Shown here one piece after another: positions 31,263-41,295 of a DNA stretch of 64,000 nucleotides. The notes below the pieces were generated by a model that saw nothing but the letters and a program-made list of their open reading frames with translations, was not told the DNA's origin and made no database searches. Made by a program: the position numbers and the translations under genes. Location: positions 64,001-128,000 of IMG/VR virus record IMGVR_UViG_3300035498_000371. The stretch is one strand, 5' to 3'. The DNA is from a virus. Its lineage: Duplodnaviria > Caudoviricetes. How positions within the stretch are numbered: position 1 is the first letter of the stretch; each line of letters starts with the position of its first letter.

Positions 31263-34152
31263 TTAGAATACTGGATTTGTAAGTTTGGTTCCTGGAAGAA
31301 CTAGTGTTAAGTTATACATTGCTTGAATAGCTTCCTTATCAGCAAGTCTTCCATTTTTTCCAGCCATTGTAATAAACTGAGCATTAGAGTTCATATATTT
31401 TAATAACTCTTGATTTGCCTCGATAGTCCATGCTACTTTAAGAGTAACCTGATCACCATCATAATCGGCTCCCATAAGTATGCAGTAAGGATTACATAAC
31501 TGGAGAGTATCTATAAACTTATTTGCAGTATTAGAACCAATATCATTCTGTCTTATCTTAGGGAACCACTGGTAGAATACTCCATTTATTACCATTGGTT
31601 CTGTTTTATTCATAGAAGATATATGCATTTTGGTATACAGTTGGTTGAAGTAAGAATCTCATTTTCTTCACATAGGTCGTTAATCTATGCAGTTCTCTTA
31701 TGAACTTCTTCGGTTTTTCTCCGAATGTTGAGACTATATCACTATCCTTATTAAAGGATACCACTCATTTCCATTTAAAGGGTTCTCACCTACCTACTTA
31801 GGCCGTACTCCTTATGCTGAATTTCACAGCCCTTCCGGGGATAGTCGTTGAGCATCAATATCTATATTGATTTGTAATATCATTATTTTGAAGTCTGAAG
31901 AACAATCTCCTCGCTATTCTTATAGATTTATCGCTTATTTCTATTCCAGCATTTAATAACGCGGCCTCTGTTATAAGTTTAGCTCTATTATAATAGCAAT
32001 TATAACTTAATATATTATCTTCATAAAACTTACAAATAGAATGCTTTTGTTCTGTAGATATAAATGATCCAACTCTAGTTCTCTTCATGGCATTAAGTTG
32101 GTCGTTTGTAAATAAATAAGACCAAGTTCTACCATTTCCAATATTAGGTATTAGTTGTTTTTCACAACCAATTATGGAAGATATTTGATCATCGTTATAC
32201 CCATTTATCATTAAATCATAAATCTTTAAAACATCTGATTCGTTTAGCTTAGCATTAATATTATTATCTCCAACGCTATTTCTTAAATTATGCTGAATAG
32301 CGTGCTCTATATTTTCTTTTGCGGTGCACCATTCTAGATTCCATAGCCAATTATGGTGTTTGTTGCAATCTTTATGGTTTACTTGCAATTCAGTATTATT
32401 AGGAACCCAATTAAATGTAAGCATAACTAATCTATGAACTTTTCTATATATTCTTGAACCGCTATTAGTCGTCAAACCAACTTGGAGATAGCCATTTTCT
32501 GTTTGTTGTGGAGTTATAAATGAATTAGAATATATACTAAAGATTCTGCCATAGTTACTTATATAATAAATCGGTTTTATATTATCTACAGTTATCAGCA
32601 TCCATTGCTCTACAAATTTTACCATTTCTACCATATTATTTACCTACCTTTAAAGAAAATTATATGATAGTTCAAATCAATATAAAATAAGATGCGCTGA
32701 TTGCACATTGTTACAATCCTTAGGACTTTGTATATCTACTTCAAAAATATGCAAAGCTTTTATTTCACCATAGATCATCTCGGTACTTTGTTTCTATCTT
32801 TCGATTCTCATGTATAATAATGAGCACCCGAGCTCTTAGCACTTCCCAGCTTTATTTAAAGTGATTTTTCAACACAGTGTTACCACTATGAAGCCACAAT
32901 TCTTTATGGGATATCTAGAGATAATAGCGACTTTATCTTCAGCAGCCGCACATGCTGCCATATAGAAAATGTCTACCCATGTCATATCTCTTTCCATTGT
33001 ATTACCATTTTCACGTATACCAGAAGCATATTGTTCTTTAGTTATATTATAACCCTTAAAGCGCAAGTTTACATCTTTACCTTCAGTATTAGGAATCTTT
33101 ATAGGTTTAAGACGATTAGAATAGCCGTGAATAAATTCATTTATTTCTTTATCAAACCTATCATCAGAGAATTCTAACTGAACGTTTCCTAAAGTAAGCT
33201 CTTGAAGTTTACCATTCTTATCTATATATGGATAAGTAGTCTTACCTCCAAACTCATTACTGAAGAATGATCTTAAGTAATTGATTATAAATGGGTACAT
33301 TGTAGCCAATGCTGCTGCTAATGGTATTGCCGAATAATCGAGATCGACCATTAAATCTTCTCTCTTATTTACATCTATATTAGGAGCAGATATGACAAGA
33401 CGAACAGAATTATCTACAGTACCAGACATAACAGAGCGCCTCATAGCACCAAACTTCTTAAAAATACCAGAGCCAGTATGCTCTCCTCCAGTAACAGTTT
33501 CTCCGATAGTAAACCAGTTATAGATTTCAAGCATTAAATCTTGTATTCTTCCTCTGGTACCACCGCCCATATCAAGACCATAATCGTTGCTCTCTGATAA
33601 TGCTCTTACGTTATTCATGAGATTTACGTAAAGCTTATTCACTTCGCCGACTCCGATACGACCACCATCTGTATTAACGTCTCTATAGAATGGTGGAATA
33701 ATGATAAATTTATCTGTGAATAATAAACCATTCTTTTTGCCATCATGAAGAGCTGCTAAGAGTTGATCTTTTTTAGTATTCTTGAAATTGATTTTATCAA
33801 TATTCCTAATCAAGAATTTAATTCCTGTTTGACCATTATCATCTGGAACAAGATAACCATTAGAATCGATCTTAAAGTTCTGTGTTTCATAAATGCATCC
33901 TCTAAGATTCTTATCGATTTTTAACCATATCTTATAATAATATGGCTGAATGAATTTCTCTTCAAGATCTATGTAAGCGCACTGACCAGAACGTTCTTCT
34001 TTGGTAATACCAAAGATTTCATTGCTTAAAAGACCATCTGCAGTCGGACCATTATTTGAATTAAATAAAGCCGAGTTTGTAATTTGTTTTAAATCATTAG
34101 CTTTAATTAATCGTTTCTGATCCAACTGCTTAATCTCAAATTGCTTAGCCAT
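31263..34152 (-). CDS. Intron-split RNAP beta' subunit N-terminal/catalytic half (exon1 34152-32906, exon2 31659-31263; about 547 aa), possibly virion RNAP
   Basis: GLLSNEIFG, IIPPFYRD, SGTVDNSVRLVISA, join SRYPI|DSYFNQ, catalytic GADYDGDQ; late-type promoter GACA-N6-TA (34174-34185). Confidence 0.9.
31660..32905 (-). mobile_element. Group I intron with HNH endonuclease ORF
   Basis: P1 CCAU|A...UGUGG with U.G; P AAAGCTGGGAA, Q AATCAGC, R CTCAACGACTA, S GATATAGTCT; 3' end shares GAAGTTCATAAGAGAACTGC with the other intron; terminal G. Confidence 0.9.
31855..32634 (-). CDS. Intron-encoded HNH homing endonuclease
   Basis: ISNYGRI...VHRLVMLTF...VNHKDCNKHHNWLWNLEWCTAKEN. Confidence 0.9.
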   Translation of the reverse strand: MVEMVKFVEQWMLITVDNIKPIYYISNYGRIFSIYSNSFITPQQTENGYLQVGLTTNSGSRIYRKVHRLVMLTFNWVPNNTELQVNHKDCNKHHNWLWNLEWCTAKENIEHAIQHNLRNSVGDNNINAKLNESDVLKIYDLMINGYNDDQISSIIGCEKQLIPNIGNGRTWSYLFTNDQLNAMKRTRVGSFISTEQKHSICKFYEDNILSYNCYYNRAKLITEAALLNAGIEISDKSIRIARRLFFRLQNNDITNQYRY

Positions 34153-34323
34153 TTGATAACCTCCTTTCGTAATTATTTGATTGTCATCTAATTACAAACT
34201 CATTTATCAGAATTAATAAACCTAATTACATCTAATTGATTGTATTTGTGCGAAAATTTATTTGCATAATATAGTTTTGTAGTAGTTAATAAAATCTATA
34301 AATTATTCTAGGAGGAATAAAGT

Positions 34324-35223
34324 ATGAAGGTAGAAATTAGTGTTAAGGAATTAATGAGGTTAGAAAAGGCTGTGCGCGCAGATGAGAGATTCCAGACAAG
34401 GCTGGACATGCTTCAGTCTGTATTAGGTTCTAGACCGGCGGATTTATCTTCTGGCATGGTAATTAGTGGAAGATACGGTAACAAAGATTTAGACTTTTCT
34501 ACAAAAGATAATAAATCTAATAAGTGCTGCGGATGTGGTCGCGAGGTTAGTGATGATTCTGATAAAGAATGTAACTGTAAGGAATCAGAAAACACTGTAG
34601 AAGAGAAGGCAACTGATGATTGCGAACCTGTAGGAAGCGTTGAGTTTGGCGATATGGTATTAGGACTCAATTCAAATACCAAAGTTGGTGATATTATTAC
34701 AGTAAACTTTGATAAAGCTCCTATGGAATGCTTAGTTATTTCAGCAGATCCTGGCTCTGTAGAGGTTATTACTTATGACCTGTTACCTGAATATATGCCG
34801 ATGAATGAAAGCAGTACTAACGAAGGTGGTTATAAAGGTTCTGATCTTTGTAAGAAGCTTAACAATGAAGAGTTCATCAACAGATTCGGAAGCAATACCA
34901 GAAAGTTACTTGCAACCTATCAGGATGGTTTGCTTATGCATCTTCCTACAGAAATGCAGATATTTGGCACAAACAAATATGGTAGCAAGGATGAAACTTA
35001 TACATCACAGCTTGAGGTTATGAAAAATCCAAGAAACAGAATCGCATTCTTAACAGATGAAGACGGTGATATTTGGACGCGTTGGTATTGGCTGGAGAAC
35101 AAGACAGACGACTATTCCACCAACTTCTGCTCCGTCAACGGCTATGGCATTGCCGTCTACGGCAACGCGTCCTGTGCTGGCGGCGTTCGCCTCCGCTTCC
35201 GCCTTAGAATCCATGAACAGTAA
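34324..35223 (+). CDS. DGR target-type protein with C-terminal CLec-like (DUF6273-like) domain
   Basis: NEGGYKGSDL, LPTEMQIFG, WYWL...FCSVNGYG...NASCAGGVRLRF. Confidence 0.8.
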   Translation: MKVEISVKELMRLEKAVRADERFQTRLDMLQSVLGSRPADLSSGMVISGRYGNKDLDFSTKDNKSNKCCGCGREVSDDSDKECNCKESENTVEEKATDDCEPVGSVEFGDMVLGLNSNTKVGDIITVNFDKAPMECLVISADPGSVEVITYDLLPEYMPMNESSTNEGGYKGSDLCKKLNNEEFINRFGSNTRKLLATYQDGLLMHLPTEMQIFGTNKYGSKDETYTSQLEVMKNPRNRIAFLTDEDGDIWTRWYWLENKTDDYSTNFCSVNGYGIAVYGNASCAGGVRLRFRLRIHEQ

Positions 35224-35253
35224 TCGCTCCGCCTTGTGCGGAAAGCGATTACT
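35080..35253 (+). other. DGR variable repeat (about 35080-35205) with GC-rich IMH-like end and downstream hairpin (35219-35253)
   Basis: Abrupt switch to GC-rich NNC/NNT codons at typical variable positions; GGCGGCGTTCGCCTCCGCTTCCGCC end; AGTAATCGCT-CCGC-cttgt-GCGG-aa-AGCGATTACT hairpin. Confidence 0.75.
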
Positions 35254-35384
35254 TGATCATTAATACTAAAACGAAGCGAAGTGCCATTAAAGAAAATTTC
35301 ATTAGAATATGCGGAGTGGTTAATTCCACTCCGTATTTCTTTTGATGAGATTTTATATTATTAAAAGAAAGAGAGGAAATTAAA

Positions 35385-36227
35385 ATGAGAATAGAATTAG
35401 ATATACCTAGTGAAGTACGTAATAAGGTAACTTTAACCGTCCATCCTGGATTGGATAGTTCGAATCCATATGATCAATACGGGTTAACTCCTTCATCGTT
35501 TGTCGGTTATGGACACCCATATCAGCCATATAAATATGATCCAGCTTCATTGGTTCCGACTGTTCCAAATAAAACACCAAATCCATCATATAATCTTGAT
35601 GCTTTTTTGGGAAACCGTCCAGATGATAAAATGCCTACTAAAATGCCGATGGCAAAAATTGTTTCATATGTTGGTAGATTAGTGAAGTTCGAATTTGATG
35701 GTAAACAAATATATGGTATAACAATATACTGTGATCATCATACTTCTACTATTATAACGTTAAATACAATAACAACAGCACCAATATATGGAGAGTCAAC
35801 AAGCACTATTATTGATAGATTGCGTTCAGATTTATTTGTTGATAAATTCTCTGATAAAATGAGGCAACTTATGCGTAATGGGTATGATGATACACCATTT
35901 GAATCGGTCGATTTACCAAAATACGGCGATATATATGGAGATAAATATCATCCATTAAGACCAACTCCAATGGCTGTCGAATGTCTTAGAATTGCTAAAT
36001 CGTTTGAAGGAGAAATTCAATCATACTGGCTTGCTGATTCCGATGAGGATGGAAAGGAATTTATGTGCGTCGAAGAAGATGGTAATCCATCGACAGATAT
36101 GGGCTCCAATGCACGAGGTATAAGAGTTAAATTTGAAATTGATTGCGATATAGTTGAAAAAGGTATGCTTGTTACAGATCCAACTGAGATTGAAAGCATT
36201 TTATGTACAGCTAAACCAATGAAGTAA
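35385..36227 (+). CDS. Diverged DUF6273-like paralog of the DGR target, lacking a recognisable VR
   Basis: LPKYGDIYG, SYWLAD...FMCVEEDG...SNARGIRVKF; ordinary AT-rich codons. Confidence 0.6.
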   Translation: MRIELDIPSEVRNKVTLTVHPGLDSSNPYDQYGLTPSSFVGYGHPYQPYKYDPASLVPTVPNKTPNPSYNLDAFLGNRPDDKMPTKMPMAKIVSYVGRLVKFEFDGKQIYGITIYCDHHTSTIITLNTITTAPIYGESTSTIIDRLRSDLFVDKFSDKMRQLMRNGYDDTPFESVDLPKYGDIYGDKYHPLRPTPMAVECLRIAKSFEGEIQSYWLADSDEDGKEFMCVEEDGNPSTDMGSNARGIRVKFEIDCDIVEKGMLVTDPTEIESILCTAKPMK

Positions 36228-36318
36228 TGAGTAAGGCGCTGGGTTTCCCAGCGCTTTATTTTTTTGATAATATATTATAGATTTGAAATTAAATCTAGAA
36301 AGGAGATTATTAAAAATA

Positions 36319-36834
36319 ATGGCTAAAGCTAAAGTACCATATAATTTTATCGCTGATAAATTAAATATAAAGCGAGAGTTATATAACCCCAATCCTAAAC
36401 AAACGATACGGTCTAAAGAAGATCGTCTTGATTGTTGTATAAGGGCTTTATGTAAAATTACTAATAAACCATGGAAAGAAATACACAGAGATATAGCAGA
36501 ATTGTGTATAGAACGTGGCAGAATGGAAGGTTCATTAAAAATATTTGAAGAGTATTTAAATAAAGCATTATTGTGGCAAGAAATGCCAGAGAAATATTAT
36601 TCTAAATATCAAAATATTGCTGAATTTATGTATAATGAACGTCGTGGCTCATTTATAATACGTTCAGCAGAACACGTTGCTCCATACATAAATGGAGTAT
36701 GGTACGATTCAAGATACTGTTTAGAATGCGCATCTTCATTTATGTATCATGAATCATTTTGCGTTTATGCTGCACAAGAGTATATATTACAATTAGAATA
36801 TAATGAAAAGAAAAAGACTACTAAAGGAGAATAA
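36319..36834 (+). CDS. Hypothetical protein, papain-like Cys/His pattern
   Basis: DCCIRAL...HVAPYINGVWYDS. Confidence 0.55.
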   Translation: MAKAKVPYNFIADKLNIKRELYNPNPKQTIRSKEDRLDCCIRALCKITNKPWKEIHRDIAELCIERGRMEGSLKIFEEYLNKALLWQEMPEKYYSKYQNIAEFMYNERRGSFIIRSAEHVAPYINGVWYDSRYCLECASSFMYHESFCVYAAQEYILQLEYNEKKKTTKGE

Positions 36835-36836
36835 TT

Positions 36837-38048
36837 ATGATTGAATTGGAAGGTAAATATAATTCATGTAAAGTATTTACAGATGATTGCGATACTGCTA
36901 CGATAGGGCAGTTAACAGCATTATTAGATCAAGAAAGTTCTAAAGGAAGTAAGATAAGAATTATGCCAGATTGCCATGCTGGTAAAGGTTCTGTAATTGG
37001 AACAACTATGACGCTCGATAAGTATGTAATACCAAATATCGTTGGAGTAGATATAGGTTGCGGTATGCTCGCTGTTAAACTAAAGAACAAATCAATAGAT
37101 TTACCAGCATTGGATAGTGTAATCCATAAATATGTGCCAAGCGGTTTTGATATTCATGATGAACCAATTGGAGATTCTGATATTGATCAAATATATGCTC
37201 CAGTAAATACAGATAGGGCATATAGAAGTTTAGGAACTCTTGGAGGAGGTAATCATTTTATTGAGGTTGATAAAGACTCTGAAGGATTCTTATGGCTAGT
37301 TATTCATACAGGTTCACGCCATTTAGGTATAGAAGTATGTGATTATTATCAGAATCTTGCATATGAAAATCTCAAAGCTAAGGCTGCAGGTGGAACTTAT
37401 AAAGAGTTATCTGATAAGTTAATAGCTCAGTACAAATCTGAAGGAAGAGAGAAAGAACTCTCTAAAGCATTAGCTGGACTGAAATCAGAATACAAATCTA
37501 ATATAGATATTCCTCAGGCTCTTGCTTATCTTGAAGGTGATAGCATGGAAGCTTACATTCATGATATGAAGTTAGCTCAGGAGCACGCAAGTATTAACCG
37601 TGCTATTATTGCTAAGACTATATTGAAGAAGGCTAAGCTTAAAGAAATTGAACGTTTTGAAACTATTCATAATTATATTGATTGTAATAATATGATTCTT
37701 CGTAAAGGTTCAATATCAGCTCAGGATGAAGAAAGAGTGATAATACCAATGAATATGAGAGATGGTTCTCTTATATGTATAGGTAAAGGAAATCCTGATT
37801 GGAATTATTCGGCGCCTCATGGAGCCGGTAGATTAATGTCTCGTAATGCTGCAAGAGATTCTATTTCAATGAGCGACTTCAAAGAGAGTATGAAAGGCAT
37901 TTATTCTACAAGTGTTAATAAGAGCACAATCGATGAAAGTCCTCAGGCTTATAAACCAATGGATGAAATTATTTCCAATATGGGAGACGCGGTAGAGATT
38001 GTTGATATTATAAAACCAATCTATAACTTTAAGGCTGGAGAAGAATAG
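36837..38048 (+). CDS. rtcB: RtcB-family RNA ligase
   Basis: MPDCHAGKG, GVDIGCGM, GTLGGGNHFIE, HTGSR, HNY, RKG, HGAGR, DESPQAYK. Confidence 0.95.
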   Translation: MIELEGKYNSCKVFTDDCDTATIGQLTALLDQESSKGSKIRIMPDCHAGKGSVIGTTMTLDKYVIPNIVGVDIGCGMLAVKLKNKSIDLPALDSVIHKYVPSGFDIHDEPIGDSDIDQIYAPVNTDRAYRSLGTLGGGNHFIEVDKDSEGFLWLVIHTGSRHLGIEVCDYYQNLAYENLKAKAAGGTYKELSDKLIAQYKSEGREKELSKALAGLKSEYKSNIDIPQALAYLEGDSMEAYIHDMKLAQEHASINRAIIAKTILKKAKLKEIERFETIHNYIDCNNMILRKGSISAQDEERVIIPMNMRDGSLICIGKGNPDWNYSAPHGAGRLMSRNAARDSISMSDFKESMKGIYSTSVNKSTIDESPQAYKPMDEIISNMGDAVEIVDIIKPIYNFKAGEE

Positions 38049-38062
38049 AGAAGGAGGTTAGT

Positions 38063-38659
38063 ATGATAGTTCAAATAAGTTCAGGTCAAGGGCCTGCAGA
38101 ATGCGAACTCGCTGTAGTAAAGTTATATAATGCTTTATCAAAAGAGTTCAATGATTTATCTTTAGTACAAAAACATGAAGCCCGCACCAAAGGTTGCTGC
38201 ACTTCAATATTGTTTACTACAGATAATGATCTTTCATTTCTTGAAGGAACGGTTCAATGGATTTGTCAAAGTCCATTTAAACCGCACCACAAACGCAAGA
38301 ATTGGTACGTTGACGTTAGCATAATACCGCAAATGGAAGAAATCTCAACAGAGCAAGATATCCGCTTTGAAAGATTTCACTGTGGCGGCAATGGAGGTCA
38401 AAACGTTAATAAAGTAGAAACAGGAGTAAGACTTACTCATATTCCAACAGGAATTGTAGTAACGTCTACTTCAGAGAGAAGTCAATTACAAAACCGTAAA
38501 GATGCATTAAACAAATTAAATGCAATATTAGCAGCTAAGGCTGTTGATAATAAAGCTAAGCAAACAAATGATGCTTGGAGAGAACACACTAAAATAGTTC
38601 GTGGAAATCCAGTAAGGGTTTACAAAGGCGAAGAATTTAAACTAATGGAGGTAAAGTAA
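38063..38659 (+). CDS. prfH: Peptide chain release factor H-like protein (PrfH)
   Basis: ISSGQGPAEC N-terminus, GTVQWICQSP..HHKRKNW, GGNGGQNVNKVETGVR, ERSQLQN; adjacent to rtcB. Confidence 0.88.
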   Translation: MIVQISSGQGPAECELAVVKLYNALSKEFNDLSLVQKHEARTKGCCTSILFTTDNDLSFLEGTVQWICQSPFKPHHKRKNWYVDVSIIPQMEEISTEQDIRFERFHCGGNGGQNVNKVETGVRLTHIPTGIVVTSTSERSQLQNRKDALNKLNAILAAKAVDNKAKQTNDAWREHTKIVRGNPVRVYKGEEFKLMEVK

Positions 38660-39040
38660 ATGAATACTCAAATGTGTACTGTTTGTAATAAGGAAACTAA
38701 TATAGTTTATACATATCCATCTAATGATGGATCTCGCTTAGTTACAATATGCTCTAATTGCGGAGCAGAGATTGAAGCTACAGAAGAGGTAGAACTCAAT
38801 GAAGAGCAAGCAGATAGAGTAGATGAAGTTTATAATGCAGTTTATGATATGTGTAAGATATTAACAGAGAATGATAATTTAGAGTGGAATATGGCATATT
38901 TAGGTGAAATAGCAGAGTTTGCTTGTAATACTCTATTAACCACTGGAGCTACAGATAAGATTAGATTTCCAGCTGTGGTTGAAGCAGACAATTATGGTTC
39001 TCAGTGTATTGAGGAATATTATACGGCAGAGCAGAATTAA
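38660..39040 (+). CDS. Zn-ribbon hypothetical protein
   Basis: CTVC...CSNCG. Confidence 0.7.
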   Translation: MNTQMCTVCNKETNIVYTYPSNDGSRLVTICSNCGAEIEATEEVELNEEQADRVDEVYNAVYDMCKILTENDNLEWNMAYLGEIAEFACNTLLTTGATDKIRFPAVVEADNYGSQCIEEYYTAEQN

Positions 39041-39093
39041 AGCAAAAGAATATCGGGAAGCCCATAATGGCTTCCCGATTATCTACAGTATTT

Positions 39094-39396
39094 TTATTTT
39101 TTGATTGTTATACATAATAAATCTCCATTAAGGTATATCTCTGGTGTGAATCTCTTGTTGTAAATTACCAGTGAGCCACACTCGGAACGTAGTCTTTCTA
39201 CAAGTTTTTCTTTGTTTTCATTTCCAAGTGTAACCGAGTATATAATGGAGGCTTTATCGAATGTAATGCTGTTTAGAGATATAAAGTTTACACCTCTAAG
39301 CATATCATATACCAGCATATGTTGTTCAAAGTAATCCTTGAATATTGAAGCTATTTGATCTGCTGGTATATCTTTCACAAAATCAACTGTATTCAT
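39094..39396 (-). CDS. Hypothetical protein
   Basis: GAGGAGG SD; last gene of minus-strand late operon. Confidence 0.7.
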   Translation of the reverse strand: MNTVDFVKDIPADQIASIFKDYFEQHMLVYDMLRGVNFISLNSITFDKASIIYSVTLGNENKEKLVERLRSECGSLVIYNKRFTPEIYLNGDLLCITIKK

Positions 39397-39570
39397 TTAT
39401 ACCATCGCCTCCTCTAGCTCATCTTCTAATACTTCTCCTTCACGACGCTCTTGACCCTCTTTGGTTTTCTCGCGTTGCTCAGCTATTAAGTAGAGTTGAT
39501 TTATATAGGATAGAGGAAGATGCATCATATCTAAGAATGATGACCTTCCTCTATAGTAAGTACAAAGCAT
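39397..39570 (-). CDS. 57-aa ORF missing from ORF track (MLCTYYRGRSSFLDMMHLPLSYINQLY...), tail-chaperone 'T'-like segment
   Basis: Fills the gap between two minus-strand genes; its stop abuts the next ATG; frame is open upstream to 39627. Confidence 0.65.
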   Translation of the reverse strand: MLCTYYRGRSSFLDMMHLPLSYINQLYLIAEQREKTKEGQERREGEVLEDELEEAMV

Positions 39571-39581
39571 TTCTATCTTTC

Positions 39582-41282
39582 CTATAAACTCTTGACCTGG
39601 GCCAACTGAGCTCGTGTAAAAAGCAAATTAAGTACAGAATCGATAGGTTGCTCAGGAATCTCACCGCCACACTCAGTACATGTAGCAACAGGATATACAT
39701 AAGTAACCTTAGGATCTTCTATAATATTTGCAAGTTTACCGACAAGAATATTGTACTGGTCAGTTGTAAGCGTCTTAAGAATCTGTACATAAGCTTTAAG
39801 CTTAGAGAGTACGGTTTTGTTAATATTATTAGGATATTCTTTAACTGCCATAGGAATAAGCTGTTTAGATTCTCTATCGATCTTATAGAAACCTTCAACG
39901 TAAGCCATGGTATTAAGAATATCAGAATGCTTCTCTGTTATATCAGGTCTTAATGTAGAGAACTGAATAAATGTACTATACAATGTTGCCGGTCTGAATG
40001 TAAGTACATAGTCATCAGAAATCTGTAAAGGAGTAGCCTGAATAGTACTTGCAGGTGTAGTAGAATCCATTGTTCTGATATTATCGCACTCTGATTTAAC
40101 ATCGTCATTATCGTACTTAACCATTGAGTAGATATCTGTATCGATAAGAGATGTTTTCTTACAAGAATCAATCTCATGAGTTCTTGCAATAAGGTTAGAA
40201 TCAGAGTAGCAAGATAAATACTGACCGAAATACAGAGACTCAATATCCTCTGTTCTGATCATTTTAGTCCATGCTTCGAATGTAGGTTTGTTTGCATCAA
40301 CAATGTGATTGTAAACAAATCTTAATGAAGCAATTACGCCATTAACGCCATTACTGTTACGAATGGTCTTACGAAGTGCATCAAGCTCTGGTCCATCACA
40401 CTCCTCGAATGTAACATTTCTCTTGCTATAATACAGAGGCCAATCTGCTCTCTTCTTATTAGAAACAGGAGCATTCTCAAGAATGCGGCTAGCAGAAATT
40501 GGTTTCTGACTGATCTTATATTCAGCAAAGTTAATAGGATTCTTTGTAGCAACAATAGAACCCATATTAGCCTTGAATTTCTCACGAAGCTCTTCAGGAG
40601 TTTCCTCCTCATCATCTGTAACGTCGTATTCGCTATCAGAGTTGTCGATCTCATTTAAAAGATCATCAAACTCGCTAAGGTCTGAATCATTATCCTTCTT
40701 GGGAGCCGGTTTCTTAACAACAGGCTTCTGCTGTTTAGGCTGCTCTACTGGAGCTTCCATTTTTGGTGCATCTGGAACACTCATTACTGCTCTCTCTGTT
40801 TCATGCTTTTCTTCTGCTGTCTGCTCTTCAGAATCTTCATCAGCAAGATCCTTATCAATCTCATTCTCGATATCATCAAGATTTGAGAAATCATTCTTCT
40901 GTACAGACTGCCGAACTTCTTCATCAGCGCCTGCATCTTTCTCCATCTGCTCTTCTTCTACTGCGTTTGCTACAGCCTCTACCATAGCATCTGCGTTTTT
41001 CTTTTTCTGCTCAATTACAGCATCCATAGATGAGAACGCGTCTCCAACAATTTCAGGAGTAATGCCATCTTCTCTCTGAGCTTTAGCCTGAGCCTGCTCT
41101 GGATGTGCTGCCTCGATATCTCTATTTAATTCAGCCATAGAGATTGGCTTCATTCCTCCGCCATTTGCGTTTGCTGTTGTTGGTCTCTGAGGTGGTGCCG
41201 ATACTACCGGTGTAGAGTTGTTTTTGGTCGTTGTTTTGGACACATTTCTACTTAATTCGTCCAAGGTCATTTCTTTAGCCAT
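39582..41282 (-). CDS. Putative baseplate-hub/tail assembly chaperone with disordered acidic N-terminus
   Basis: C-terminal CTECG...NLLF as in T4 gp26/gp51-type assembly factors; follows gp25-like gene; inference. Confidence 0.55.
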   Translation of the reverse strand: MAKEMTLDELSRNVSKTTTKNNSTPVVSAPPQRPTTANANGGGMKPISMAELNRDIEAAHPEQAQAKAQREDGITPEIVGDAFSSMDAVIEQKKKNADAMVEAVANAVEEEQMEKDAGADEEVRQSVQKNDFSNLDDIENEIDKDLADEDSEEQTAEEKHETERAVMSVPDAPKMEAPVEQPKQQKPVVKKPAPKKDNDSDLSEFDDLLNEIDNSDSEYDVTDDEEETPEELREKFKANMGSIVATKNPINFAEYKISQKPISASRILENAPVSNKKRADWPLYYSKRNVTFEECDGPELDALRKTIRNSNGVNGVIASLRFVYNHIVDANKPTFEAWTKMIRTEDIESLYFGQYLSCYSDSNLIARTHEIDSCKKTSLIDTDIYSMVKYDNDDVKSECDNIRTMDSTTPASTIQATPLQISDDYVLTFRPATLYSTFIQFSTLRPDITEKHSDILNTMAYVEGFYKIDRESKQLIPMAVKEYPNNINKTVLSKLKAYVQILKTLTTDQYNILVGKLANIIEDPKVTYVYPVATCTECGGEIPEQPIDSVLNLLFTRAQLAQVKSL

Positions 41283-41295
41283 AATTTAATTCCTC

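Noticed and set aside
36837-38048. RtcB as the ligase for the two introns
   Set aside because: Group I introns self-ligate by transesterification; the PrfH neighbour points to ribosome repair
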